Shown piece after piece: positions 63,921 to 64,000 of a stretch of 64,000 nt of DNA. Location of the stretch: NCBI GenBank assembly GCA_963793475.1, contig CAWCAL010000003.1:299628-363627 (forward strand), read 5' to 3'. Under the pieces are notes generated by a model that worked only from the letters and a program-made list of their open reading frames with translations, made no database searches and was not told where the DNA came from. Both the position numbers and the translations under genes were made by a program. Within the stretch, counting starts at the first letter, position 1; every line of letters begins with the position of its first letter. Source of the DNA: an uncultured Acidimicrobiales bacterium (lineage in GTDB: Bacteria > Actinomycetota > Acidimicrobiia > Acidimicrobiales > CAWCAL01).

Positions 63921-64000
63921 CAGTGCCGCCAGACCCCGTACTCGGTTGCGCCTTGAACCACATTGCTGTGCGCGGCCGAGAGCGCCATGCCCAGCACCGT
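63920..64000 (-). CDS. Carboxyltransferase (beta) subunit of the acyl-CoA carboxylase, C-terminal 26 codons only (5' part beyond the window)
   Basis: Reverse translation gives ...TVLGMALSAAHSNVVQGATEYGVWRH*, which resembles the ...FGVFRM C-terminus of MCC/PCC beta subunits. Its stop overlaps the alpha-subunit ATG (TGATG). Confidence 0.6.
   Translation of the reverse strand, partial: TVLGMALSAAHSNVVQGATEYGVWRH

Noticed and set aside
1-64000. Genomic island, prophage or mobile element
   Set aside because: No integrase, transposase, recombinase, tRNA attachment site, terminal inverted repeats or obvious compositional break was seen. The only scar-like feature is the ABC ATPase fragment at 24712..24874.

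Overview
This is a high-GC, gene-dense chromosomal segment with an actinobacterial character. The evidence is lipoprotein signals ending in ...AACGDDDD, LLM/F420-type oxidoreductases, an LCP protein, a HelZ-like SNF2 helicase and many acyl-CoA enzymes. An Acidimicrobiia-like origin is my unverified guess. I resolve about 59 protein-coding loci on both strands. Many are joined by ATGA/GTGA stop-start overlaps, which indicates operons. I found no rRNA, tRNA, CRISPR array, transposase, integrase or phage genes, so nothing here looks like a mobile island. Content is mostly metabolism and envelope: three acyl-CoA dehydrogenase/hydratase genes, two amidohydrolases, two LLM oxidoreductases, two Cys-type sulfatases plus a TauD dioxygenase, a PPi-type phosphofructokinase, a fused TPP E1 dehydrogenase, and an acyl-CoA carboxylase/AtuA cluster. 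It also includes metal homeostasis genes: copA-copZ with a DtxR-family regulator, a separate CsoR, and a cupredoxin/beta-helix/DUF1996 exported module. The loci most worth a second look are these. (1) A run of same-strand genes at 53249..58555 holds an alpha/beta-hydrolase-like gene translationally coupled to a selenocysteine-encoding selD (in-frame TGA at 54358..54360). It is followed by an uncharacterised helical protein coupled to the three-gene AmmeMemoRadiSam system (radical SAM, Memo, AMMECR1), whose function is unknown. (2) An FGGY kinase / sphingosine-1-phosphate-lyase-like PLP enzyme / xylulokinase operon lies at 25696..30123, with a second lyase paralog next to a nitronate monooxygenase. 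(3) Two closely related hairpin elements (with a third, looser relative) sit at convergent gene junctions. Major caveat: about 20 frameshifts and one nonsense codon interrupt at least 13 otherwise well-conserved genes, several at homopolymer runs. This looks like assembly indel error rather than decay, and it must be resolved before any functional claim. All family names come from motif recognition in the translations; no database search was possible.
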